From Myxococcales bacterium (lineage in GTDB: Bacteria; Myxococcota_A; UBA9042; JABWCM01; BTVJ01): a stretch of 64,000 nucleotides of DNA. The notes beneath the pieces are model-generated. The model did not search any database, was not told where the DNA came from, and saw only the letters and a list, made by a program, of their open reading frames with translations. Shown here piece by piece: positions 47,198-57,200 of the stretch. The translations under genes and the position numbers were made by a program. The DNA is taken from NCBI GenBank assembly GCA_045863395.1, contig BTVJ01000040.1, forward strand, positions 1 through 64,000. The letters run 5' to 3'. Numbering within the stretch: position 1 is the first letter of the stretch; the number at the start of each line of letters is the position of its first letter.

Positions 47198-47509
47198 TCA
47201 GTCCTCGAGCTTGCGCAGGATCCGTGCCCGCCGCGCCGCGTACTCCGGGGCGCTGGGGTCGGGACGCCGCATGGCCTCGAACAGGCTGCGCTCGAGCATG
47301 GCCAGCTTGGCGCGGGTCTCCGGGTGGTTCTGGCCGCGGGCCTCCAGCGCGTGGGTCGGGGGCTCGCTGACGCCCAAGCGCATCCGCAGGACGTTCTCCT
47401 CCTCCTGGGTGAGGTCCGCGCGTCGCAGCGCCTCGCGCGTGGTCTCCACGGAGGGGGCGGTCGTGCGGGTCTGCACAGTGCCAGGGTGGGTCGGTGTTCT
47501 CTTTGTCAC
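47198..47509 (-). CDS. Small protein resembling stand-alone sigma70 region 4
   Basis: LTQEEENVLRMRLG resembles the LTxREx.VLRMRFG start of region 4; strong RBS GAGGAGAGGA. Confidence 0.6.
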   Translation of the reverse strand: MTKRTPTHPGTVQTRTTAPSVETTREALRRADLTQEEENVLRMRLGVSEPPTHALEARGQNHPETRAKLAMLERSLFEAMRRPDPSAPEYAARRARILRKLED

Positions 47510-47608
47510 GGTGGTCCTCTCCTCTTCACGACACAGCAGGTGATGCCAGAGAGCATAGGCGAGCAGGAGGGGGCGTCCAGAATTTTTCCCGCCGCTCTGG
47601 CGCCCGCG

Positions 47609-48958
<1,350 letters not shown>

Positions 48959-48969
48959 GGGGGGCCTCG

Positions 48970-50823
48970 TCAGGGCTGTGCGCTCTCCGCGGACAGCGCG
49001 ACCGTTCCGAGGGAGCGCTCCTCGCCCTCGCGGATCTCGAACTCCCGCGAGGTGCGGCTCTCCCCGTCCCGGGACTGTACCACGAGGCGGTAGCGGCCCG
49101 CAGGCAGCTCCTTGCGCACCAGGTTGCTGCCCCCCGTGGCGACGACGGCGTCGTTGATCAGGACGCGCGAGTCGGCCGGGAAGAAGCGGAACTGGACCGT
49201 GCCTCGGGCCAGCGCGGTGAGGGTGACGGTCAGGGCGCGGGGACCGTCCGACGCCACGGTGAACGGCTGCTCGGCGTACCCCGGGAGCCGCGCCACCCCC
49301 GACACCGCCCGCTCTGCGGGGAGTTGGAACGTGCGCGGCGCCTTCGTAGGCGGGAGGCCCTCGACGCGCAGCTCGGCTCCCGGCGGCGATGAGCGAATCG
49401 TCACGGCGCGGGTCTTGGGCGGCCGCGGGCGCTCCCAGTCCGTCTCCAGGTCCTGTCGGAGCGCGACCGCCTCCGATGGCTCCGCCTCTCGAGAGGCTCT
49501 GGGGGCAGGCGGGTCGGGCGCCGGTACGGGGGCGTTCGTGGGCGCCGTGTCGGGTGGGTCCTGCGGCTGGGGCAGGGTGGCCTCGGGCCGCGCGGCCGTC
49601 GCAGGCTGCGCCTGGTCGCGCAGGACGTAGCGGACGTTGAAGTACACGAGCACGGCCACGGCGAGGGCCAGGAGCAGCAGCAGCAGCCTCTGCGGCCGTG
49701 TGGGGGGGACGAGCTGGCCCGTCCCCGTGACCGGGGCATCGCCCATGGGGGGGAGGGGCGCGGGTGTCCCGGGGCGCGACGTGGAGACGCCTGGTCCCGG
49801 GACCGCGGTGCGGGTCCCGTCCGGGGTCGCGCGGGCGGCCCGGTCGACCTGGAGCGCCAGCGCCTCGTCGAGGCTCAGGGGCGCGGCCGCGGCCGCTCGC
49901 TCCCTGACCAGCGCGGCCAGATCCGCCGAGGTGACGACGATGCCCAGCGCGACACGCGTCTCTGCGGCGGCCCGGCGCAGCTCCGCGGCCGAACCGTACC
50001 GATCCTCCGGGCGCTTCATGAGGCAGCGCATCACCAGGGCCGACAGGGCAGGCGGCACCTCGGGCGCCACGACTCCGACCGTTGGAGGCTCGTGCCGCTG
50101 GACGCGCTCGAGGATCCGGAGCTCCGACGGGTCGTCGAACGGGCGGCGGCCGGTCAGCATCTCATAGGCGAGCGCACCGACGCCGAACAGGTCGCTGCGG
50201 GGGTCGAGGTCTTCGCCGCGGGCCTGCTCGGGCGACATGTAGGGGAACTTGCCGCGCAGCGTGCCGGCGACGGAGCGCGACACGGTCCCCGCGCTACGCG
50301 CGATGCCGAAGTCCAGCAGCTTCACGGCCCCGTCCCGGGACACCATCACGTTGGAGGGGCTGATGTCGCGGTGCACGATGTGCAAGGGAGCGCCGCGCTC
50401 GTCGGTCCGCTCGTGGGCATAGGCGAGCCCGGCGCTCAGCTCCTCGATGACGTGCAGCGCCAGCGACGGCGGGAAGGGGCGCGCCGGATCCGGCGCGCGG
50501 CGGAGGAGCTCGCGCAGGTCGAACCCGTCCACGTACTCCATGGCGATGTAGGTCTCACCGTCGGTCACCTCCAGGTCGTAGACCTGCACGATGTTGCCGT
50601 GGGTGAGCTGGACGACGAGCCGGCCCTCCTCGACGAGGCGCTGGAGGAACTCCGGGTCGTTGCCGAGGTGCGGCAGGATGCGCTTGATGACGACGGACTT
50701 CTCGAAGCCCGCCGCGCCCCGCGCCTTTGCGAGCCACACCTCCCCCATGCCACCGGAGCCGATGCGGCGGACGAGGAAATAACGTCCGAACGGGACGCCT
50801 GCTTCGTGCGGCGTGGGGACCAA
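48970..50823 (-). CDS. Membrane Ser/Thr protein kinase with C-terminal PEGA-like domains
   Basis: IGSGGMGEV, VVIKR, HRDISPSN, DFGIA, YMSPEQ; TM; TIRSSPPGAEL. Start uncertain; TTG 50823 chosen because a TTGTAC-N16-TATCCT promoter lies at 50905-50878. Confidence 0.9.
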   Translation of the reverse strand: MVPTPHEAGVPFGRYFLVRRIGSGGMGEVWLAKARGAAGFEKSVVIKRILPHLGNDPEFLQRLVEEGRLVVQLTHGNIVQVYDLEVTDGETYIAMEYVDGFDLRELLRRAPDPARPFPPSLALHVIEELSAGLAYAHERTDERGAPLHIVHRDISPSNVMVSRDGAVKLLDFGIARSAGTVSRSVAGTLRGKFPYMSPEQARGEDLDPRSDLFGVGALAYEMLTGRRPFDDPSELRILERVQRHEPPTVGVVAPEVPPALSALVMRCLMKRPEDRYGSAAELRRAAAETRVALGIVVTSADLAALVRERAAAAAPLSLDEALALQVDRAARATPDGTRTAVPGPGVSTSRPGTPAPLPPMGDAPVTGTGQLVPPTRPQRLLLLLLALAVAVLVYFNVRYVLRDQAQPATAARPEATLPQPQDPPDTAPTNAPVPAPDPPAPRASREAEPSEAVALRQDLETDWERPRPPKTRAVTIRSSPPGAELRVEGLPPTKAPRTFQLPAERAVSGVARLPGYAEQPFTVASDGPRALTVTLTALARGTVQFRFFPADSRVLINDAVVATGGSNLVRKELPAGRYRLVVQSRDGESRTSREFEIREGEERSLGTVALSAESAQP

Positions 50824-51107
50824 CGGGTTGGGGCTCCATGGGTGGTCGGGTGAGGCGGTACGCCGGCCCGCGGGCGAAGGATAGCACGCCCGGTGACGGG
50901 TACAAGGGCGCATCCAGTGATGACGCCGCTCCATGAACTCACCGAAACTTGGCGGGAATCAGGCGGGTTGATCCGCCCGCCTCGGGCGTGCTAGGGTTGC
51001 CCTGCCAGGGAGCGACCTCCGGCCGCGGCCATCGCGACGGGTGCCCGGGCAGCCAGCCAGTCGAGGCGTGTCGCATTCGCGGGGAAGTGAGACCGCTGGG
51101 AGAGTGG

Positions 51108-52133
51108 ATGGCGCTGCCGGACATGAAGCCTCCGACCGACAAGGCGCTCGAGTACATCTGTGTGGGGTGCTGGTCGAGCTTCTCGGTGGACGCCGCTGCT
51201 CCGTCCGACGAGCTCGGCGTCATCGTGTGCCCGACCTGCGGCCAGGCGCAGCCGACGGTCGACGATGTGCTCGGCACGTTGGACCCGGGGGGCGCTGCCG
51301 AGGGTGAGGTGGTGGAGCTGGACCTGGCCGCCATCGAGGCGCCCCCCGCGCCGCCTGTCCCGAGCGGCGGGGCGTCCCATGAGCCCGAAGCACACAGGCC
51401 GATGGCACCCGAACCTCCTCGGGATCCAGCCGCCGAGCACGCTGCTTCCCCCGCCGCAGCCGAGCCCCCCGCCGGGGCTGAGCCGCCACTCGACATCCCC
51501 ATGTCCTTCGAGGCGGATGAGCCGGTGCAAGGTGGCGCTGCTGGTGAGCTGCTCCAGCCCTGGGAGCGGATGAACCCGGACACGGCGACGTGGAAGATGC
51601 GCACGTCGGGCGGGATCACGTTCAACTTCCACGGCATCGGCGCGCTGATGGCTTGGGCTGCGAGCAAGAAGAACCTCGGGCGAGCCACCCTGACGGTGGA
51701 GGGGCGCGACGAGTGGTCTGACTTTGCCGAGTTCGGCACCCTCTACCGCAAGCTTGGGGACCCGCTCTCCGCGCTCAAGATGGTCGGCCGCCAGGGCGCC
51801 GTCGAGGTTGGGGACACCTCGGGTGAGGCGCTGCTCTCCATGGTCGATGCTGCGGAGGCGGCGTCAGGGCTGCCGACGATCACGGACTCGCCGGACTGGA
51901 GCGAGGAGCGCCCGGGAGACGAGGGCGACCTGAGCAGGGCGCCTCGGACGGGGCAGAACAGGCCAGGCGCCGCGGCCAAGGCGACGGCCGACTTCACGTT
52001 CATCACCAAGGTCAACGCAGGGAAGGGCGGTGGGCGCGCGATCCCCTTCATGCTGGGGCTTCTGCTCGGCGCCGCGACGGTGCTCGTGCTGTGGTATGTC
52101 GGCCTGCTCGACAAGCTGCCACGCCTCATGTGA
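51108..52133 (+). CDS. Zn-ribbon plus GYF_2-like domain, tail-anchored membrane protein
   Basis: CVGC...CPTC; TWKMRTSGGITFNF...EWSDFAEF; C-terminal TM. Confidence 0.65.
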   Translation: MALPDMKPPTDKALEYICVGCWSSFSVDAAAPSDELGVIVCPTCGQAQPTVDDVLGTLDPGGAAEGEVVELDLAAIEAPPAPPVPSGGASHEPEAHRPMAPEPPRDPAAEHAASPAAAEPPAGAEPPLDIPMSFEADEPVQGGAAGELLQPWERMNPDTATWKMRTSGGITFNFHGIGALMAWAASKKNLGRATLTVEGRDEWSDFAEFGTLYRKLGDPLSALKMVGRQGAVEVGDTSGEALLSMVDAAEAASGLPTITDSPDWSEERPGDEGDLSRAPRTGQNRPGAAAKATADFTFITKVNAGKGGGRAIPFMLGLLLGAATVLVLWYVGLLDKLPRLM

Positions 52134-52307
52134 CGGGCGGCACCGTCTGGACGGGCGGCTCATCGTCTCGTGCTCACGCTCGGTGCGCGTCCGGGGCGAG
52201 GGCCCGGCCGCTGTCAGGGCGGCCCGTCGCGCCATCCCCGTCCCATGAAGCTGCGAGGCAGGCGGCTGGAGGGCGAACACCGGCCCGCACGGTCTGGTGG
52301 GCGCGGT

Positions 52308-52371
52308 GCCGGCGCCTGGTCTGGCCGGCGCCTGGTCTGGCCGGCGCCTGGTCTGGCCGGCGCTTCGTCTG
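52308..52371. repeat. Four tandem 16-bp units GCCGGCGCCTGGTCTG (last one with 2 mismatches)
   Basis: Units start at 52308, 52324, 52340 and 52356. Confidence 0.93.
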
Positions 52372-52398
52372 GATCAATGAGCGGAGGGACGGCTGACC

Positions 52399-53784
52399 AT
52401 GCAGCTCGGATGCCCTCGATGCCATGAGCGTCAGACCGTTCCGGCCTCGCTGCTGTCCTCGGGTGAGGCGCGCGTCCGGTGCGGAGGCTGCGGAGCGTGG
52501 TTCCAGGTGCGCGTGCGCAGCGCGGCCGTTCCGCCCCCGCCCCCGTCAGACGCCGCACCATCTGGCCGGTGGAGCATCCGTCGGCGGGACGAGACCATCC
52601 TCCAGTTTCCGTCGATCCGCGCGCTGTACGACTACGTGGTTCAGGGCGTGGTCACCATCGACGACGAGATCAGCCGGGGCGGCAAGCGATGGCGGCCACT
52701 TCGGGACGTCCCCGAGCTCCATGGGCTCTTTGATCGGGTCGAGGTCCTGCCGGCGCAACCTGTCCAGGACGCTGCTCATCCTCCTCCGCTCGTCGATGGT
52801 GACGGGGAGCTGGAGCCCATCCTTGTCGCGGAGGTCGTCGTCGAGCCGCCGCTAGCGCGCCTGGCCGCTCCGCCCTCTGCGCTCAGGCCCGCCCCCGCTC
52901 CTGCGGCCGCCTTCCCGCCCGCTCCGCTCCCCGCCCGCCCCCGATCCCCCGGTCTGGGGCGGTGGCAGCACAAGGGCATCGAGGACCTGGGAGCGGCAGA
53001 TGGCTCGGACGAGGATGAGGACGGCGCGGTTGTCGCCCCGCGGCGCTCCGCCTGGGGAGCGACCGCCGTCGTGTTGCTCTTGGCAGGGGTCGGCGCCTGG
53101 GCAGTCTGGCACTTTTCCTACCGCGACTCTGGCGACCCCATCAGGGTCCGCTCCGGAGAGCTGCTGCCCCCGAGCCAGCGTGCGGGTGGCCCGGACCCTC
53201 TGCCGGCCCGGGAGGGGGGGGCGGACGTCCAGGCCGCCGTCCTCGACCTGGACGCGGCGCCCAGCGTCGCGTTGCGCTCGCCCGAGGAGGCGACTCAGCA
53301 GGGCAGGGGCGCGGTTGAGCCCTTGCCTGCGGCCGATCTCCCGGTTGCTCGCCCGCCAGAGGTCTCTCATGCCGCCAAGTCCGCGGCCGAGGCGCCAGTC
53401 GCCCGCCCGCCGGAGCCTGCCGAGCTCGGCTTCGACGCCCACATGCGCAGGGGCAACGACCTGATGGCCTCCAACCCGACCGCGGCCATCGCGCACTTCC
53501 AGAAGGCCATGGGGCTCTCCGGGTCCGTGGAGCCCGTTGCAAAGATCGGGTGGGCATACCTCAACCAGGGCCGCCCCCAGGAGGCGATTGTATGGTTCGA
53601 GCGGGCCATGGCGCGCTCGAGCCGCTACGCCAGCACCTACGAGGGGCTGGGGCGGGCGCTGGAGCGGGCGGGGCGGCGGTCGGAGGCGATCCGGGCCTAT
53701 GAGCAGTACCTGGAGAACTTCCCCGTGGGGAGCCAGGCGTCACGGGTCCGCGCGGCTCTGGAACGGCTCCGCGGGGCGCCTTGA
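52399..53784 (+). CDS. MJ0042-type Zn-ribbon, GYF_2-like, TM, TPR protein (GltJ-like architecture)
   Basis: MQLGCPRC...VRCGGCGAWF; WSIRR...DEISRGGKRWRPL; TM; C-terminal TPRs ending YLENFPVGSQA. Confidence 0.8.
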   Translation: MQLGCPRCHERQTVPASLLSSGEARVRCGGCGAWFQVRVRSAAVPPPPPSDAAPSGRWSIRRRDETILQFPSIRALYDYVVQGVVTIDDEISRGGKRWRPLRDVPELHGLFDRVEVLPAQPVQDAAHPPPLVDGDGELEPILVAEVVVEPPLARLAAPPSALRPAPAPAAAFPPAPLPARPRSPGLGRWQHKGIEDLGAADGSDEDEDGAVVAPRRSAWGATAVVLLLAGVGAWAVWHFSYRDSGDPIRVRSGELLPPSQRAGGPDPLPAREGGADVQAAVLDLDAAPSVALRSPEEATQQGRGAVEPLPAADLPVARPPEVSHAAKSAAEAPVARPPEPAELGFDAHMRRGNDLMASNPTAAIAHFQKAMGLSGSVEPVAKIGWAYLNQGRPQEAIVWFERAMARSSRYASTYEGLGRALERAGRRSEAIRAYEQYLENFPVGSQASRVRAALERLRGAP

Positions 53785-53808
53785 CCCGGCGCCGCGGTCA
53801 GTGCCTGC

Positions 53809-54102
53809 CTATGGATCCTCGGGGAGCGCGCCCCAGGTCGCGAGCAGCTCGGAGAGCTCCCGCGCCTGCTTGAGGCTGGAGATGTTGAACTTGCTCTGCA
53901 TCCGGTAGACGCCGTTGGCCTTCTTGTAGCGCCGGATGCTGACCTTCCGGGCGCCCCACTCACCCGTCTTGCGATCCTTGTCCTGGTACAGGAACGCGAT
54001 GGTCGCCCACGTCCCCTTCGTGAGCACGTGCTTCTCAAGCTCGCGCGTGGTCTCGTCCTCGCCCTCCGACCAGGAAATCGTCAGCTCGTCCACTGTCTCC
54101 AT
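53809..54102 (-). CDS. Small conserved-looking hypothetical protein, possibly a PC4/PUR-like ssDNA-binding fold
   Basis: RBS GGAGGAG, strong codon bias; KVSIRRYKKANGVYRMQSKFNIS..QARELSELL. Confidence 0.75.
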   Translation of the reverse strand: METVDELTISWSEGEDETTRELEKHVLTKGTWATIAFLYQDKDRKTGEWGARKVSIRRYKKANGVYRMQSKFNISSLKQARELSELLATWGALPEDP

Positions 54103-54206
54103 CAGGCTCCTCCGCGGGTTGGGGAATCGAGGCGCGGAGTGTAGCCATGGTGCCGTGCATGTCGCAAGCGGGAGAGGCGGGGCGCGGCGCCCCCCCTTGT
54201 CTCAGC

Positions 54207-57200
54207 CTACTTGCACTTGTTGTCCTTCGGGAGGCACAGGCCGTTCATGCAGATGTCGGGTCCCGCGCACGGGTTGCCGTCGTCGCACTGCCCTTGTCGC
54301 GGTGTGTGGACGCAGCCGAGCCCTGGGGTGCAGGTATCGGTGGTGCACTGGTTCTGATCGTCGCAGGCGACCGTCGCGGCGCCAGCGCAGGCGCCTCCGA
54401 GGCACGCGTCACCCCACGTGCAGGGGTCGAGGTCGCTGCACGGGGCCCCGTCGGTCACCGGAGAGACCGCGCAGCTCCCCGTCGCGGGCTCGCACAGGGC
54501 GACCGTGCAGGCGTTGGCCGTGGGCGGGCAGGTGACGACCGTTCCGGGGTCGGGTGCGCACGTGCCGTTCCAGCAGCGCAGGGTGCCATTGCAGAGGTTG
54601 CCGTCCTCCCACTGACCGCAGTCCGCGTCTGACTCGCACCCGCAGTCGTTGTCCGCGGGGACGCACGCCCCCGCCTCGCAGGTTTCGCCGGTCGTACACG
54701 CGAGCCCGTCGTCGCAGGGGCCCGGGGCAGGGGAGCTCGTACACCCGGCGCCGGGGTCGCAGGCGTCCGCGGTGCAGGGGTTGCCGTCGTTGCACGCCAG
54801 GGTCGCGCTCCCGACGCAGGTGCCCGAAAGACAATGATCCCCGATGGTGCAGGCATCCCCGTCGTCGCAGGCCGTCCCGGTGGCCGCGGCCAGCGCGTCG
54901 CACAGGCCGGTCGCGGGGGCGCAGTGCGCCACGACGCAGTCGTAGGCGCTCCCGTCGACACAGGTGACGACCGAGCCCGCCGCCGCCACGCAGGTGCCGG
55001 ATGGCTTGCCCTTGGCGCTCGACCCGCCCGCGCACAGGTAGGTGCCATTGCAGGCGTTGCCGTCTTCCTTCTTCACGCAGTCTGCCGTGTCCTTGCACTT
55101 GCACACGTTGTTGCCCGGCGCGCACGCGCCAGCGACGCACTTGTCGCCCTTGGTGCACAGGTCACCGTCCTCGCAGGGCGCCGTGATCGGTGCATTCACG
55201 CACCCCGATGCGGGGCTGCAGGAGTCGGCGGTGCACATGTTGCCGTCGTTGCAGGAGACGGGGAGCGCCCCCTTGCACTGACCCGCCGAGCAGACGTCCA
55301 GCGTCGTGCAGGCGTTGCCGTCGTCGCACGGCTGGCCCTCGGCGGCCTCGGTGATGATGCATGCGCCCGTCGACGGTTGACACGCGACTGCCTGGCACGG
55401 GTTGCCGGCGCCCGGGCACTTGACGACGCTGGTCAGGTCGAGGACGCAGGCGCCCTGCAGCGTGTCGCACATGAGGCGCCCGTTGCAGAGGTCACCGTCC
55501 TCTGCCGGCGCGCAGTCGTCGTCGGTCGAGCAGGCGCACTGGTTCACGCCGCTTGCGCAGGTGCCGTCGGCGCATGCATCGCCCACGGTGCATGCATTCC
55601 CGTCATCGCAGGGTCCTGCCTGCGGCACGCTCGCGCAGCCGGTCGCTGGGTTGCACGCGTCCGCCGTGCAGGGGTTGCCATCGTCGCAGACAGCGGGCGT
55701 CGCGCTGGCGCAGAGGCCGTCACTGCAGGCATCGCCGACCGTGCAGGCGTCCCCGTCGTCGCAGGGGGCTCCGCTGGCGGCCGGCACGGGCGCGCACGCC
55801 CCCGTCGTCGGGTTGCAGGCCGACTTGATGCACGCCGTGTCGTTGGAGCCATCGCAGGTGACGACGCTGCCCGGTGCGACCTTGCACTCGGGCGTCGCGC
55901 CGCTCTTGTCGCAGAGCACCACGCCCGTGCACGGGTCGCCGTCGTCGAACGGGGCGCAGTCTGCATCGGTGTCGCAGGTGCACAGGTTGGCGCCGCCCAC
56001 GCAGGCGCCGCCGGCGCACGTGTCGCCCGCCGTGCAGGCGTTGGCGTCGTCGCAAGGCGCGATGTTGGGGGCGCTCGCGCAGCCGGTGGCGGGCACGCAC
56101 GCGTCGTCGGTGCATGGGTTCCCGTCGTTGCAGCTCACGAAGGTCCCACCGGAGCAGGTGCCCCCGCTGCATGCCTCGCCGATGGTGCAGGCGTTGGCGT
56201 CGTCGCAGGCCGCGACGGTGGGCGTGTGGAGGCAGCCCGCGGCCACGTCGCAGGCGTCTGCCGTGCATGGGTTGCCGTCGTCGCAGGGCGTTGACGCGCC
56301 CCCAACGCACTGGCCCGAGAGGCACGCGCTCTGGGCGGTGCAGGCGTCCCCGTCCTCACAGGCGGCGCCTTCGTTGGCCGGCAGAAGCGCGCATGTCCCC
56401 GTCGTCGGATCGCACGCGTTGACGGCGCAGGGGGAGCTCGAGGGGGGGCAGCTCACGGACGCGACGGTGTCCGGTACGCAGAACGAGAAGGGCCCGCTCG
56501 CAACGCAGACGAGCTTGGTGCAGGCGTCGCCCAGCGCGGCGCACTCCGCATCAGTGGTGCACTGACAGATGTTGGCTCCGCTGACGCAGACGCCACCATC
56601 GCAGGTGTCACTCGCCGTGCAGCCGTTCCCGTCGGTGCAGGGCGCCGTGTTGGGCACGTGGTGGCAGCCGCTGGCGGGGTCGCACGAGTCGTCGGTGCAG
56701 GGGTTGGCGTCGTCGCAGGGAGTGGGCTTGCCCGGGACGCACACCCCGGTCGTGCAGATGCCCGTCCCCAGGCAGGCGTCGCCGGCGTCGCAGGGCCCAC
56801 CGCTGGTCGCCGCGTGGACGCAGCCGAGCACCACGTCGCACGCGTCGGTGGTGCAGGGAGCGCCATCGTCGCAGTCGGTGATCCCCCCCCCGAAGCAGAA
56901 GCCACCGACGCACAGGTCGTCGATGGTGCAGGGGTTCCCGTCCTCACAGGGGATGCCGAAGTCCGCCGGCCCGAAGGAGCAGCCGGACTCTGGGTCGCAC
57001 GCGTCCAGCGTACACGGGCTCCCGTCATCGCAAGCCTCACCCACGCCCGACGTGCAGACCCCGCTCTTGCACAGGTCGTCGCTGGAGCAGACGTCGTCGT
57101 CGACGCACGGCGTGCCGTCTGCGGACGGAGGGAAGGTGCAGCCTCCATCTCCGGTGCACTGGTCGTCGGTGCACTGGTCCTCGTCCTCGCAGTCGTAGGG

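Noticed and set aside
52308..52371. Possible CRISPR array
   Set aside because: Units are contiguous 16-mers with no spacers, and there are no cas genes
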